A stretch of 63,971 bases of DNA, counting the filler, from Vezdaea acicularis (taxonomy: Eukaryota): assembly GCA_026025075.1 (NCBI GenBank). It is 3 parts of 3 records of this genome, joined end to end, with 100 filler letters (N's around TTAATTAATTAA, not from the genome) between each part and the next. Parts side by side here need not be neighbours in the genome. Positions count along the whole stretch, not along the records: positions 1 to 27,599 come from JAPEUI010000174.1; positions 27,700 to 54,708 come from JAPEUI010000175.1; 1 more part is not named here. One strand, given 5' to 3'. Below the pieces are notes generated by a model. It was not told the DNA's origin. It was given only the letters and a program-made list of their open reading frames with translations, and did not search any database. Positions 25,590 through 39,058 of this stretch are shown here, piece after piece (the first letter of the stretch is position 1; each line of letters opens with the position of its first letter). The position numbers and the translations under genes were made by a program.

Positions 25590-27599
25590 TTAAATCTCTC
25601 CCATAACTTTCCCCGATATACCGCCAGTGGCCGTGACAAACGTAGTGGCGCCGCCTCCCTTCTGGATCATGAGATGCTTCATCGTGTTATACATGAGCTC
25701 ACCCACACCCCCAATCCCTCGCTCTTCCAACCATTTCAATACCTCCAATCTATAATTTGGCCACGTAAGACGTATCCCACCGTCATTACCCAAAGCAGCC
25801 AGGCTCCTTTGAGTCACCGGACCCGCGTGCCTTACAGAAATTCCGTTCGCGGAAGCATCTTCCATCTCCCTGAGACAAGCGATGCTTAGAGCGCAGAGAA
25901 TGGAGGAATGTGAAAGCGAAAAGAGTGTTGGCAGCGGATGAGCCAAAGAGTCTGCGTAGGTGCGTAACGGTGGTAGGAGAGAGTCGGGAATAAGACAGCC
26001 TAATGCATTCACATCATCGTGGTTGAAAGCGCGGTTGCGCCACAAACAATTGCATATATCCATGAGGAACCCATTGAAATGGTTCACATAGTCGCGCGGA
26101 TAGCCACCTTCTCCGCCTTTGGCGCTCGCAGCGCTCATTGCACCCTCGAATGCTCGTTTGTAGGTTGCAAGGATGGCACATATTCGGGAAAGTGTACTTA
26201 GTGAGCATGTGAAGACGAGCTGGTAGACGAGCAGTGCGGATGGTGTGCTGATACGAATGGTCCTCCAGTGGCTGGTGTGGGCTATCGCCCCGGTGACTAT
26301 TTCGTAGAAGCTCAGGATAGGAGATGTAGCGGAAACAAATACTTCAGGAGGAGCATTTTGAAGCAAGGCAAGGCAGAGCGTGTCACAATGGCTAATCAAG
26401 CGCGAGTATGAGGTTGACGCAGAGCTTGGCGGATCCTGCGTTAGCTGTAAATATACGGTCCAGTTACGGAGCATCGACGTGTAACAGCCCAGGAGATCGA
26501 TCTGAGACTTGAGTGTATCATCAAGTACCGAAGTTTCAAGTGGTTCGAGAAAATCGGTGTAGAGTTCTGAATTATGTCAGCAACTTAAGGTAATTGAAGG
26601 TTAAAGAAGGTCACCTTCAAAGGGGCTTGGAGGAAGATATGACAAGAGTTCAAGGACAGTCTTGCGGTGCTGCCGACCATCCCAAGTGGGGAGCATCCGC
26701 TGGAGAAACCTTTCAAAAGACGGCAGAAATTTCTTGAAAAGTCAGTGCTGCCGTATAAAAGGATCAAGTAAGACGATACTTTTGAGACCTGGGCGTAGCG
26801 GCACGCCCCATTCAACACTTCCTCGACCTCCACGTTTCGTTGGGGTTCCTCAGAAGGAGCCAGCCGATCTTCAAAGAAGGATGAAAGCCAATTGTCGATT
26901 CTTCTCGACGAAGATCCCGGTTCACGAAGAATGAGAAATTTTTGAAGAAGAGGATCAACAAGAACCGATACCATCTGGTTGGGAAGATCAAGCTTGTCCA
27001 GCTTGTAGATAAAATCCCGAGCAGTTTCGATCTCCTCCAAGGTAACGGATGACTTCAACAGCAATTAGCAAATGTTTGAGCAGCCACGAATAACGGATGC
27101 AAACCTCATTTGCGCTCGAGGTATGCACTTCAGGGACAGCAGAGACCCTGCTCCGCTTTGCGCCGTTAAGGCCGCGTCGAACCACTCTAAAGGACGATAC
27201 TTGGGAGTTCGCTTGTAGGTTTTTCTGAGCATATCTTTCTTGAACCGAGACAAGATGGTCTCGCCACTCTCTATCTGGGTGGCTGAAATGTGAGGCTTTG
27301 CCCTTCGCTGTATCGCCCACTATGACATCAGGATAGTAATCTTTGTAGACCCTAATCAGGCCGATAAGGGGCGGCTCCCCGCCAATATTCCTCGAGAGTT
27401 CCAATCTGCGTGATCTATGTCAGAATCCACTACATTGGAAGTGAGATTCTGAACTCACAGCATTTGTATTCTGTATGGACGTACGTGCTTGCGACGTGTG
27501 ATTAGGGCAAGGAGATGGCATAGCATCGGCCTAAAGGAGTTATGTATCACATCAAGCAGCAATAAGGTAGATCATACCTGATGCTTATCATATCCAGCA
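25590..27599 (-). CDS. mis6: Centromere protein I / Mis6 (5' part missing at the spacer), multi-exon
   Basis: RKHVRPYRIQ, EPPLIGLIRVYKDYYPDVIVG, SVTLEEIE...LDKLDLPNQMVSVLVDPLLQKFL, NHFNGFLMDICNCLWRNRAF and RHAGPVTQRSL. Confidence 0.88.
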
Positions 27600-27699
27600 N
27601 NNNNNNNNNNNNNNNNNNNNNNNNNNNNNNNNNNNNNNNNNNNTTAATTAATTAANNNNNNNNNNNNNNNNNNNNNNNNNNNNNNNNNNNNNNNNNNNN
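27600..27699. other. Artificial contig-joining spacer (N44-TTAATTAATTAA-N44)
   Basis: Exactly 100 nt, with a central palindrome that gives stops in all six frames. An identical copy lies at 54709-54808 and genes are truncated on both sides. Confidence 0.97.
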
Positions 27700-28363
27700 G
27701 GGCGCCCACCCCGGCGCGCCCCCCATGGGCGGCTTCGGCGGCGGCGTCGGCGGAGCCACCGGACTCACTCCTTCCTCCTCCTCCGCGCAAGCAGGCACCA
27801 TCCACGACTGCCTCAGCGCGGCCCCGCTCCTCCGCAGCCTCCGCCTCCGCTTCTGCGGCGGAACCACCTACGGCACGCCCGACCCCTCCTTCGCCCTCCT
27901 CCTCGGCTCCTCCACCTGGCCCCTCCTCTCCTCCTTCTCCATCGAAAGCATCATGCTCCGCGACGCCGACCTCCTCTCCTTCCTCAAACGCCACCAATCC
28001 ACCCTCCGCTCCCTCTCCCTGCACAACATCGCCTTCTCCTCCGCAACCCCGCACCACGGCCCCCCTCCTCCCCCGCCTCCCCCACCCATACATCACGGCG
28101 GCGCCGGCGCCGGCTCAATCACTCACGCCGGCCCGGGGCTCTGTCAGGCCTTCCTGGAAGAACTCTGGCATCTCCAGCTCAGTCTCGAGTCCATCGACCG
28201 TTTCGTCATCTCCGACGAAGACGGGAATAGTACCGGCAATAGCCCTGGCTTTGACGGCGCCGTTGTCTTGCAGTATCTCCGCGGCGCGGATCCGGAGGGT
28301 ACGGGCTCGTTTTTGGATAGGCCCGTCGGCGGCGATGAGGTTTGGGATGATGAGTATATCTGA
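27700..28363 (+). CDS. C-terminal fragment of a fungal F-box/LRR-like protein (5' end lost at the spacer)
   Basis: LRSLRLRF...TWPLLSSFSIESI...LLSFLKRHQSTLRSLSLHNI resembles the degenerate LRR tail of fungal F-box proteins; stop at 28363. Confidence 0.5.
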
Positions 28364-29183
28364 ATGGGAGAAGGGGAGGGGCAGAGGGGGAAGCACTCTC
28401 TATACGCCGGGTTTTGGCCGGATGCTGGAAGGAGTGCTGTGGAAGACTGATATCATACTCGTCGCTGTCGTTATCACCGAGGAGTGGGGTTTGCGGGTTG
28501 GAGTTTCGTTGTATCTACTCTTCCTTTCTGCTTCCGGCGCCGCGATCTTCTTCTTTCTTCTTTTCCCCTTCTTTTCTCTTTTCTCCCCTCTACTTTTCCA
28601 CGTCTACTTCTTCGATTTCCACTTCTTCTTCGATTTCCTCTTCGACTTCTTCGATTTCTCACTTTCTCTTCTATCCCTTCTTCTTCTTCTCCTTGCGCTT
28701 TCTTGGGCTCCAGTGAACTCAACGGCCGGGTATTCCTTCTCATTACCTTACCTCCTTCCGCCCCCCTTTTTCGGCGCTACCTCAACTTTTGGATAGTATT
28801 GGATCAGATTGGATTGGATACGCTACTAGTATATTTCGAGTCTTCTGGGAATCTTATGACTAGGCTTATACTTGGTGGTGGACGGGTTGGGGGGTGGGTA
28901 TGTAGGGGGGTTGGATCTGGATACGAACGGAGGAGTACAGGGTGGGAGCCAATATGTGAACCAAGAGACGTCTTCCACAACCAGAAATTCCAGCTACGGT
29001 GTCAAATCGACGGGTATAGGCATTGTTGAAACCGTGATCTATACGCTTTATCTTCTTCTTCTTCTAGAGATATCCAAACCCCGCCCCCCAAGGAGACTTC
29101 CGCAAGATCTAGGCCGCAAGGAAACTTCTATGGTCCATCTCCATCTCCACACTTCCCCCTTCCTCCCCACAATCACAGACAAA

Positions 29184-31078
29184 TCACAGCGTGACGATAG
29201 TAACAGCTAAAATGCCCCTAACCTCCTTCAACCTCGCCACCACATCCGGCCTTACCTCTTTATCCACGCCCAGAATCATGAGGGCCTCGCGCTGACCCTC
29301 TTCCTGCGGCGCCGTCGTCGTCGTCGCGGTACTCAGCTCGCTCGCTTCGCTCAAAGGCGCCACGCTCATGAAATTGATATTCACGTCCATTTCACCGAGG
29401 AGCATGCCGACGCCGCCGATCTTGCCGGGCGAGTCGTAGTTATGGCAGATGAGCAGCGTGCCGGCGGGCACGAAGCTAGTGCTGAAACGGTCGAGGCGGC
29501 TGATGAAGATTTGGGCGTCGGAGCAGAAGCCGCTGATGACTTGCTGTTGCTGGTGCTCGTCTTCGGGGGTGGGGAGGGGGTGGCGCTCGTGGCTGGAAGA
29601 GCGGCTGGGGCGGGCACGCAGGGTGACGAGGGAGGAGTAGGTGTGGGTGATGGGGTCGCGGGAGTGCGTTTGGTTGATGATGAGACCGCGCTCTTTGGCG
29701 ATGAGGTCGGCGTTGACGATGTTCACGTTCATGCCGGCGGTGCTGGATATTGATTGGGTGAGGCCTTTGACGAGGGCGGCGAAGAGGGGCTTGGTGTTGT
29801 TGATGGTGGAGAGCTGGTGCTTGGTGTTAGTGCCTGATGCGATGGTGGAGAGGGGGCTTTGGGTGACATACCTCGCCTTCGTAAATCAGATCAAATGAGG
29901 TGCCACTCCCGTGTGCTTGAAGCGAGCCGTAGTGCTGTGTGTAGAGGCTGCCCATCTTCTCGACGAGCTGCACGAAAGGCTGGAGCTTCTTGTACTCTTC
30001 AGGGAGGATTATTGGTGCGTTGACGGCAGAACGGGGAAGCTCGCCCGCGAGGATCGCCACTGTTTGAGAACACACGTCGATACTCACATTCTCTTGGGCT
30101 TCTACGGTGCTTGCACCCAGATGAGGCGTTGCAACGACGCGAGGATGCGCTATCAGCTTTGCGGCTGTGCTATCAGAAGCTGGAGGCTCCGAGGTGAATA
30201 CGTCTAAGGCTGCACCCGCGAGATGCCCGGATTCGAGCGCTGCCAGCAATGCCGTTTCATCGATCATCCCTCCTCGTGCAACATTCAGTATCCGCGAGCC
30301 TTTCTTCATCAACGCAAGCTCATTTGACGAGATCATTCCCCGAGTTGATGCGATTAGGGGTGTGTGGATGGTGAGGAAGTCGGAGACGGCGAGAAGAGAA
30401 GGCAACGACGTGTGCAGGGTAACAAAGGCAGCAGCAGCAATTGCTGGAGAGGCGTATGGATCTAATCCATGTAGCGTCATACCCAGCCCATGGGCCATAC
30501 GGGCCACGTTCAATCCCACCTTTCCCAAACCTATAATGCCCAGGGTTTTACCCTTGGCTTCAACCCCGACCAACCTGGACCGCTCCCATTTGCCTGCTTT
30601 AATCGATGCGCAGCCATCAGGGATGTTGCGCGCCATGGAGAGCATCAGAGCAATTGTGTGTTCTGCGGCCGCTCCGATATTGCCAGACGGCGAGTTGACA
30701 ACTATGATGCCATGTTTCGTTGCTGCTTCGACATCTACCAAGCTGCCATCAGTACTGGACTACTCGAAGCCAATTGCAAGCAAACAGGATCCGGGCAACC
30801 GCACCAACATTGTCAACGCCAACTCCAGCCCTCGCAACAATACTCAGCTTGGTTCCCTTTGCGAGCAAATCGGCCGTGACTTTAGTTTCGGAGCGGACAA
30901 TCAACGCGTCATATTCTGGAATGATTTCTAAAAGCTGCTCGGCAGAGAGCCCTTTCTTCTCATCGACATCTAGAGACGATTTCAACAAAGCGATGCCATC
31001 TGGAGAGACTTTCTCTGCAATCAGCACTTTTGACCTCCTTGAGTATCCATTGGCTGCCCCGGTATTTTGGGCTGCCAT
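29184..31078 (-). CDS. D-3-phosphoglycerate dehydrogenase with ASB and ACT domains (type I architecture), three exons
   Basis: YDALIVRSETKVT, VARAGVGVDNVD, AAAEHTIALM, GIIGLGKVG, LNVARGG, DVFTSEPP, TPHLGASTVEAQ, NIVNADLIAKERG and the ACT motif NYDSPGKIGGVGMLLG..VNINFM. Confidence 0.93.
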
Positions 31079-31433
31079 ACTTGAAACCACCCAGCTCCGT
31101 ATGGACTAGAATTTGGGAATGATACATCAAGGACAAAGGGAACTCCCAGCAATCGCGTAGAGTCGTAGCCCGGCAAAAGAAATTAAATCGACAACCGATG
31201 TCGGAAAGGTGGGGCAATGCGGGGGAGAGTCTGGGGTCGCAACGCGAAGCGAAGCGGGACGGTGCAATCACAAGCAAGTAAGATCTCGAAGTAGTTAGTC
31301 CTTGAGTAACGTAGATGATTATCTGATCCAACAACGTTTTATTGTGGCCGTGGTTGCTGTCTCCGGCTTCGCTCATTGCATTCAGACGATCGAGGCTTCG
31401 GCCCAAAGACGGCCGTGATTAGAAAAGGTCGAG

Positions 31434-32600
31434 TTACCAATTGCTTCTCGTCTTCAAATTCTCGTTTTGAATCACTTCAATCCAGTAGCTGTGAACGTGT
31501 AAGCGCATATGTACAGACCATACTTCTTGGACTCCCTGTTATTTTACTCACTCATCTGGGTCAAGAATGAAAGCAACGTTCTTCATTCGGCCATCACTTA
31601 GGCGCTTCTTCCAATTGACTTTCAGATCATCGAATCGCGTACAAGCTGCATCAAGATCGTCGACGGTAATGCCTGGAATAGCAGTCAGCATCCAGCTCCT
31701 TTTGGTCTGTAGATATACGAACATATATGCCCGAATCCTTGAGGCTCAGCGTTTCCGTCATGATACTTGAAATCCGCTTTGTCGGTAGTTTCATAATTCC
31801 AGGTGAGTTCAAGGAGCCCCTCCATGCCCGCAAGCACTTCAAATTCACCCGTCTTCGTTTTCTCGTAACCAAGAAAGTACAAATCGAAGCCACCGTCTTT
31901 GTTTTCGACGGTCCGAACCAGCGACATGCCCAGTACATTGCGGTAAAAGTCTAGTGAAGCCTTCGCTGATTTCACACGGATCATTGAGTGATTCATGCGG
32001 TATGTATCCGTATGAGTGTCCTTGACGTGTTCGGTTTTGTCCACAGGGTTTTGTCCGATTATCTCGACCCAATATCCATCAGGATCCAAAGCAAAGGCGA
32101 TATGTCGCATCTTCCCATCCGTCAGCCTTTTCTGAAATTTATAGCCGGCATTTTCGATCCTGGCACAAGCAGCCTGTATATTGTCCACCGAGACACAGAC
32201 ATGGCCAAAACCGCGGAAATGCTCTGAGTTGCCGTTGTTGATTTTAAAGTTCGGGTCGCTCTCCGTGCCATAGTTATGGGTAAGCTCGATGATTCCCTCC
32301 CGATCTGTCCAATGCTTCCCGCTCGAGACAGACTTTGGGCCATCGTGAGCGAGGAAGTACAGGCAGAATTTGTTATCCGGAAAGTCCATCTTATGGATTT
32401 GTTTGAAACCGAGAAAGTCATAGTACTTGACTAGGAAAGGTCAATCCAGGTCTTTCTCAGCCACCGTAAGGCGTACCTGAAGCTTCTGGGTCTTTTACCC
32501 GAAGCCTGCTTTGGTATTAGATGAGCTCTGCCTGCTGGACGCCAGCACGTACTTACATGGTGTGGTTGAGTTTATATTTTGAAACATCGGTGGCCGCCAT
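31434..32600 (-). CDS. GLO1: Glyoxalase I (lactoylglutathione lyase), monomeric two-domain fungal type, five exons
   Basis: MAATDVSKYKLNHTMLRVKDP, IELTHNYGTE, GFGHVCVSVD, MNHSMIRVK, LELTWNY, GFGHIC and DPDDYWIEVIQ; introns are phase-consistent. Confidence 0.95.
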
Positions 32601-33598
32601 GACTGCGTAAGGTCTGCACTTTGCAAAAAGTCTGATTGATACAGTTAGACTTTTCTGGAAAGCTACCTCGTTTGAAGAGGTTGTATCGAGCAATTGATAG
32701 TTCTCTTGTAGTTGTCGCAATTCTGACGAAACTCATGATGCACAACCAAAATTTTAGACTGGCGCTTTCTTGACGAACATTTCAGGACCGACTCATGACG
32801 TGAGAAGCTCGGATCTAAGCCGAGGCACCTCAGGGTGGAGCCAACCATCCTAGGCCAACCAGAGATGATAGCAGCATCATGAAAGCTTTATTCCTCGACT
32901 CTGGTCAGCTATCAATCCGTGTTTCCTACCCTGAAGGCATCGCAAGGATCTTTGCTAAGCTTCGACATCACGTGGCATTCCCACGCTGTCTCGGAGTTAA
33001 GCTCTGGTCCAGGCCGAGAAGTTTGACCGAGACAAGGTCCTCATGCCATAACGAAGGGTTTACACTTTGCTGGCGATAAGATACGTAACTAAGAAAATTT
33101 TCTAAAGGTTCCTTGTGAGCAGTCTACTAGAGATTCTGGAAATTGCTTTGGTGATCGCCACTCGCCACGCGTTGTTGCGTGAAAAAAGGGTTTGGGCTTC
33201 GGGGAGATGTATCGTCGTTTAGAATGTTCTATCTCTCAACATGAGCCAGCTTCTCCCGGGAGCATTTGTAAGGGACGATATGCTGTACCTTTTGGGCATG
33301 TCGGAGCTTGTAAGGACCGCCATGACGTGAGTGAAATTATGGGCGGTCCGGAAAGATGAATAGAGCCCAGTTGGTAATAGACCGACTTTCCTGTGGCGGT
33401 ATAGAAGCGAGCGCGCTTGGTGCATTGTAGAGGCTGCCGGCTGGTTAGATGCCGATGTCCGCTCGTGGCCATTACGATTAGACTGCATGACTCCGACTGG
33501 GGACGATAAATATTGGGCCTGGACCCTGGTGTAGGGAGAAAATAATCCAACAACACCAAAGTCGATACTTCCCACACTTCATACGCGTGAGGATTGAG

Positions 33599-36500
33599 AT
33601 GGCGGAACCTGGCCAAGAGAAAGATCACGCCAAGACCATTGGTGATGTAGCTGCCGGGGGTCTGAGCACAGATGGTCCGCACATCGCAACCGAGCCATTA
33701 CGATACGTTGGTACCGACAGTAGCTCTTCAGTCGTCGACGCAGAGCTCGGCGACCTCGAAAAGAAAGGAGAATCACTCCCTCGGAGGGTCGTAACACAGT
33801 CCTCATTCGCAACTGAGGATGCCTCACGATTCGATTCGAGGGAAGACGATGGGGCGTCCGGGGGGAAGAAGAAAAAATGGTACAAACGATTGAATCCTCT
33901 GAAATGGGGAGAAAAACCACCTGTTCCGGAAGAACGTACCGTATCAAGAGAATACGGGGCGTCCTTCCTGAGTATGCTCACCTTCCAATGGATGGCCCCA
34001 ATAATGAGAGTAAGTCGCCGTTGCGTTCAACCAGCCGATTCATTCTCTCTTGCAATTGGCTAACTCTCTCTGTAGACAGGCTATCGGCGCCCCCTAGAGT
34101 TGAATGATATATGGCTCGTCAACCCAGATCGTCGTGCTGAAATCATGGCAGAGAAGCTCAGTGCATCATTTAGTACGCGTGTCGCGCGAGGAGACAAATA
34201 TCCTTTGCTTATGGCTCTACATGAGACCTACAAAAGGGAATTCTGGATTGGAGGCCTTTGCCAGTTTACCTCGAGTATATTGCAGGTCTTGTCGCCGTTC
34301 ACGCTTCGATATCTCATTCAATTCGCTGGCGAGGCTTACTATGCACAGCAACTGAGGACGAAAGGACCACCAATAGGTCGAGGCATAGGCCTTGTCATCG
34401 CCGTTACGGTAATGCAAATGATCCAGAGCTTAGGAACGAGCCATTTCATATATAGGGGAATGATGGTTGGCGCACAATGTCGGGCAGTGCTCATATCGGT
34501 CGTTTTTCAGAAGGCTATGAAGATATCAGGGAGAGCCAAGGCGGGTGGGAAGGCGATTGAAGGACCCGCTGGAGCTACTACAGTCGAGGACGAAAAAATC
34601 GGGAAAGAAGGGGGAAAAGCTAAGAAGTCTAATGGCCACGCCCAAAGATCAACTCCGGATAAGACTCCTGGTGTAATTGGTGAAGGTTTAGGTTGGGGAA
34701 ATGGCCGAATCGTAACGTTAATGAGTGTCGATACATACCGAGTGGACCAGGCCTCTGGAATGTTCCACATTATATGGACAGCACCGGTATCCATTTGCCT
34801 GACGTTGGCTCTTCTTCTCGTCAACCTAACGTACAGCGCTCTGGCTGGATTCGGTCTGCTTGTTCTTGGAATCCCTCTCCTGACCATGGCAGTGAAATCA
34901 CTATTCGTTCGAAGACGCGCCATAAACAAGATCACCGACCAAAGAGTTAGCTTAACGCAGGAAATACTGCAAGCGGTCCGCTTCGTGAAACTCTTCGGTT
35001 GGGAAGAAGCATTTCTCGAACGAATAGGGGATATCAGAAAGAGAGAAGTCCGATCCATTCAGATCCTCTTGGCTATACGAAATGCGGTTAACGCAGTATC
35101 GATGGTGAGAACAGCCTTTCTCATACTGTGCCCCAGTTGAAGATTGCAACGCTAACATCTGCCCAGTCCCTTCCAATTTTCGCTTCTATGTTGTCATTTA
35201 TCACATATTCTCTGTCCAAGCATATTCTCGACCCGGCACCGATATTCTCTTCGCTCGCACTTTTCAATTCGCTCAGAATGCCACTCAACTTGCTGCCGAT
35301 GGTGATTGGACAGGTCATCGATGCTTGGGCGTCGCTAGGACGGATCCAAGACTTCCTCATTGCTGAAGAGTTGGAGGAAGACGCCATTCGGGACTACGAT
35401 TCAGAGAACGCAGTCGAGATGAGACATGCCAATTTTACATGGGAGAGAACCGTCACCCAGGATCTAGAGAAGGGAAAACCGGGTCAGAAGCCAGCTACAA
35501 AGAAGCAAAATAAAGACGGGAAGAAAGTTCAAAAAGAAGAGGCTGCAGCGAGCGGGTCTGGGTCCGGTGAAGGTGATAGCTCGGATACTAGTAGTACCCA
35601 TTCAGAGCAGGAACCTTTCAAGTTGTCAGACATCAACTTTACGGCTGGCAGAAACGAGCTCCTCGCTGTCATTGGCAATGTCGGTTCAGGAAAGAGTTCT
35701 TTGTTAGCTGCGTTGGCTGGGGACATGCGAAAGACCCAGGGCCTCGTAATGATAGGCGCTTCGCGGGCGTTTTGCCCTCAGTACGCTTGGATTCAGAACA
35801 CGACTGTACGAGAAAACATTGTGTTTGGAAAAGAATTCGATCCCGTCTATTACAATAAGGTCATTGACGCATGCGCCTTGCGTCCTGATCTTGAAATCCT
35901 TCCCAATGGCGATCAGACCGAAATTGGAGAACGCGGCATCACCGTCAGTGGTGGCCAAAAGCAGAGAATCAATATTGCAAGGGCAATCTACTTCAACGCA
36001 GACATTGTCCTGATGGACGACCCGCTGTCAGCAGTCGATGCTCATGTTGGCCGGCATATGTTTGATAACGCTATTTCCGGGCTCCTGAAAGACAAATGTC
36101 GGATATTGGCGACACATCAGCTTCACATCTTGAATCGATGTGATCGTGTCATCTGGATGGACAATGGTTCAATTCTGGCTATTGACACTTTTGATAACCT
36201 GATGGCAAACAACCCGGGCTTCCAAAAGCTGATGGTGACCACGGCGCAAGAGAAAGCAGGAGATGAAGAGACGGATAAAAATGATGAAACCCGTGATGAA
36301 GAGAAGAAAGGCAGGAAGAAACGATCAAAGCCGGCTGCGGCCCTGATGCAAGCTGAAGAGAGGGCAGTCAAGAGTGTCTCGTGGGGTGTCTACAAGTCCT
36401 ACATCGCGTCATCCGGCTCTTTACTCAACGCACCACTCGTTATAATGCTCTTGATCCTGTCTCAAGGCGCTAACATCGCGACAAGTCTGTGGCTTTCATG

Positions 36501-38136
36501 GTGGACTTCTAACAAATTCGGATTCTCAATGGGACAATATATTGGGGCTTATGCTGGACTGGGTGTGGTGCAAGCCTTGATGATGTTCATATTTTCGGTG
36601 GCCCTGACAGTCACCGGGACACAAGCAAGCAAGGTTATGCTTGGCAAGGCCATGAAGCGCGCTTTGAGGGCGCCGATGTCATTCTTTGACACCACGCCAC
36701 TTGGTCGTATCACGAACAGGTTCTCCAAAGACGTCGACACGATGGACAACACCCTAACGGACGCAATGCGCATGTACTTTTTCACGCTTTCAATGATCAT
36801 CTCAGTCTTCATATTGATCATTGTCTACTTCCACTATTTCGCTATAGCTCTTGGCCCCCTGTTCATCATGTTCGTCTTCTCTGCCAGCTACTATCGGGCG
36901 TCTGCGCGAGAAATGAAACGACACGAGGCCGTCTTGCGATCTCACGTCTTTTCAAAATTTGGCGAAGCTCTCTCAGGAACCGCCTCCATCCGAGCGTATG
37001 GCCTTCAAACCCGGTTTGTTAAGACTCTTTACGAAAGTATCGACAATATGGACTCGGCATACTACCTCACTTTCTCCAATCAGCGCTGGCTGAGCCTCCG
37101 TCTTGATGTAATCGGAAATTCACTCGTCTTCACCACCGGAATTCTTGTCGTCACATCTCGCTTCAATGTGTCACCCAGCATCGGTGGACTCGTTCTCTCT
37201 TATATCTTGTCGATCGTACAGCTGATCCAGTTCACCGTACGACAGCTTGCTGAAGTTGAGAATGCCATGAATGCAACCGAAAGAATACACTTTTATGGCA
37301 CCGAGCTTGAAGAGGAAGCGCCACGCCACCTGAATCCCGTCGAGCCGTCATGGCCTGAAGCTGGCGAGATCGTCTTCGATCATGTTCAGATGCGTTATCG
37401 AGCCAATCTACCTCTTGTCCTGAACGATCTGTCTCTGCACGTAAAGCCTGGCGAACGAGTTGGTGTCGTTGGTCGGACCGGCGCAGGGAAGTCCAGCATT
37501 ATGTCGACGCTCTTCCGCCTCGTTGAGATCTCTAGCGGCAGCATCACCATTGATGGGTTAGACATCAGTAAAGTCGGTCTCCATGACCTACGGACACGCC
37601 TGGCGATCATCCCCCAGGATCCCACGCTTTTCAGAGGTACCATCCGCTCTAATCTCGACCCTTTCAACGAGCACACGGACCTTGAGCTATGGTCTGTTCT
37701 GCGCCAGAGCTATCTCGTGTCCGAAGATGCAAATCTGGACGACAAGACTCCAGGACGGATCCACCTGGACGGTGTAGTCGAGGAGGAGGGTCTTAATTAT
37801 TCGCTTGGACAGCGTCAGCTCATGGCGCTCGCTCGGGCTCTCGTTCGAGGCTCAAGGATAATCGTTTGTGATGAGGCGACTAGCAGCGTTGACATGGAAA
37901 CCGACCAGAAGATTCAAGAGACGATGGCTAGGGGGTTCAAGGGTAAGACCTTACTCTGCATTGCACATCGCTTACGAACGATTCTTGGCTATGATCGTAT
38001 TGTTGTCATGGACAAGGGTAATATTGCTGAGGTTGACACTCCTCTGGCGCTCTGGGAGCTGGGAGGAGTCTTTAGGAGCATGTGCGACAGGAGTGGGATT
38101 CGCAGGGAGGATTTCGAAGAAGGAAGTCTAGAGTAG
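33599..38136 (+). CDS. YOR1: ABCC/MRP-type ABC transporter, YOR1-like (TMD-NBD-TMD-NBD), introns ~34010-34078 and ~35105-35166
   Basis: GNVGSGKSS, EIGERGITVSGGQKQR, MDDPLSAVDAHVG, FFDTTPLGRI, GRTGAGKSS, NYSLGQRQL and CDEATSSVD. Confidence 0.93.
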
Positions 38137-38332
38137 GCGTTAGCAAGAGCGTGTTTTGTTTGGCATTGGCAGCATGATCGGGCTTACTGCATATATCCAG
38201 GCATATTTGAAGCAGCTCATAGAACGGCTTACTCAAGTCGCAATTCACTTACTTCAAACTGTTCATGTCATCAAAACTTCTTCGTTTCACGTGCACGAAG
38301 CTCAGGCCGAGTCACGGTTGGCAAAAGCGATG

Positions 38333-39058
38333 TTATTGAGTATCTCCAAACTCTTCTATGTTCAGCCTCCGGAAATCGATCACAGTGCAGAGTCCGTCTG
38401 GGTTCTCGGCGGCCACGAAGGACCTTTCATCTACGCGGCTTATCCTGGTGCGAAGCGCCGTGATGACCACAATCGTGGCCGCGAATGTGAAGTCGGCTGG
38501 AGCCGCCACTCCCCTCAACCCGAACGCGAAGGGGAGCTGTTGCGCCCGGAAACTGGTTGATGCTGGCCATACTTGGCTGAGGTGATCTTTGCGGATAACT
38601 GTGTCGTCTCAAGTAAGTATCTCGCGCTATATCATCCACTGCAGGGTATGCTTACGAAAAGTCACAGAGTTCCATATGTCAAACGGCGACTGTTGCCGAT
38701 TCCAGTATAGCTGGTGTATAAATGCAGATAGGCGCCAGGTATCTTCGTCGCCTCTGTGCCAGACCAAATTCGAGTGCGTCTGCCGGTTCGAATTCAAGAT
38801 CATTGCGACGGATTCCGGCGTGTCCTGGAAATCCAAAATCACGTTTCTGGTCTCTTGATTGCTCGTTTCGCCCGCCTTGGGGAATCGCACGTAGGTGTTT
38901 CTCACGTCGACGATATCCCAGCCTTGACCGGCGGCGAATGCATCGGCTCTTCCAAACCCGATTCGGTGTATCACTTCTGCGCAGCTGAGAGATGCCGCTG
39001 GGTTGATTAGGGTTAGGAGGATGCTCAAGAGCGTGAAGATGATGACCTGGTTCCTCAT
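38333..39058 (-). CDS. Orphan secreted protein (~222 aa, two Cys), intron 38599-38655
   Basis: Signal peptide MRNQVIIFTLLSILLTLINPAAS. A GTAAGC...CAG intron joins the 143-aa ORF in frame to the 38333-38518 ORF. Confidence 0.72.

Noticed and set aside
27644..27655. TTAATTAATTAA as a transposon target site or biological palindrome
   Set aside because: Centred in symmetric N-runs and repeated identically at 54753-54764; an assembly linker.
28414..28800. Phe/Ser-rich and Arg/Lys-rich ORFs over a TTC/TTCGATTTC low-complexity tract
   Set aside because: A pyrimidine tract just downstream of the 28363 stop. The best-looking reverse frame is interrupted by stops; most likely 3' UTR or intergenic.
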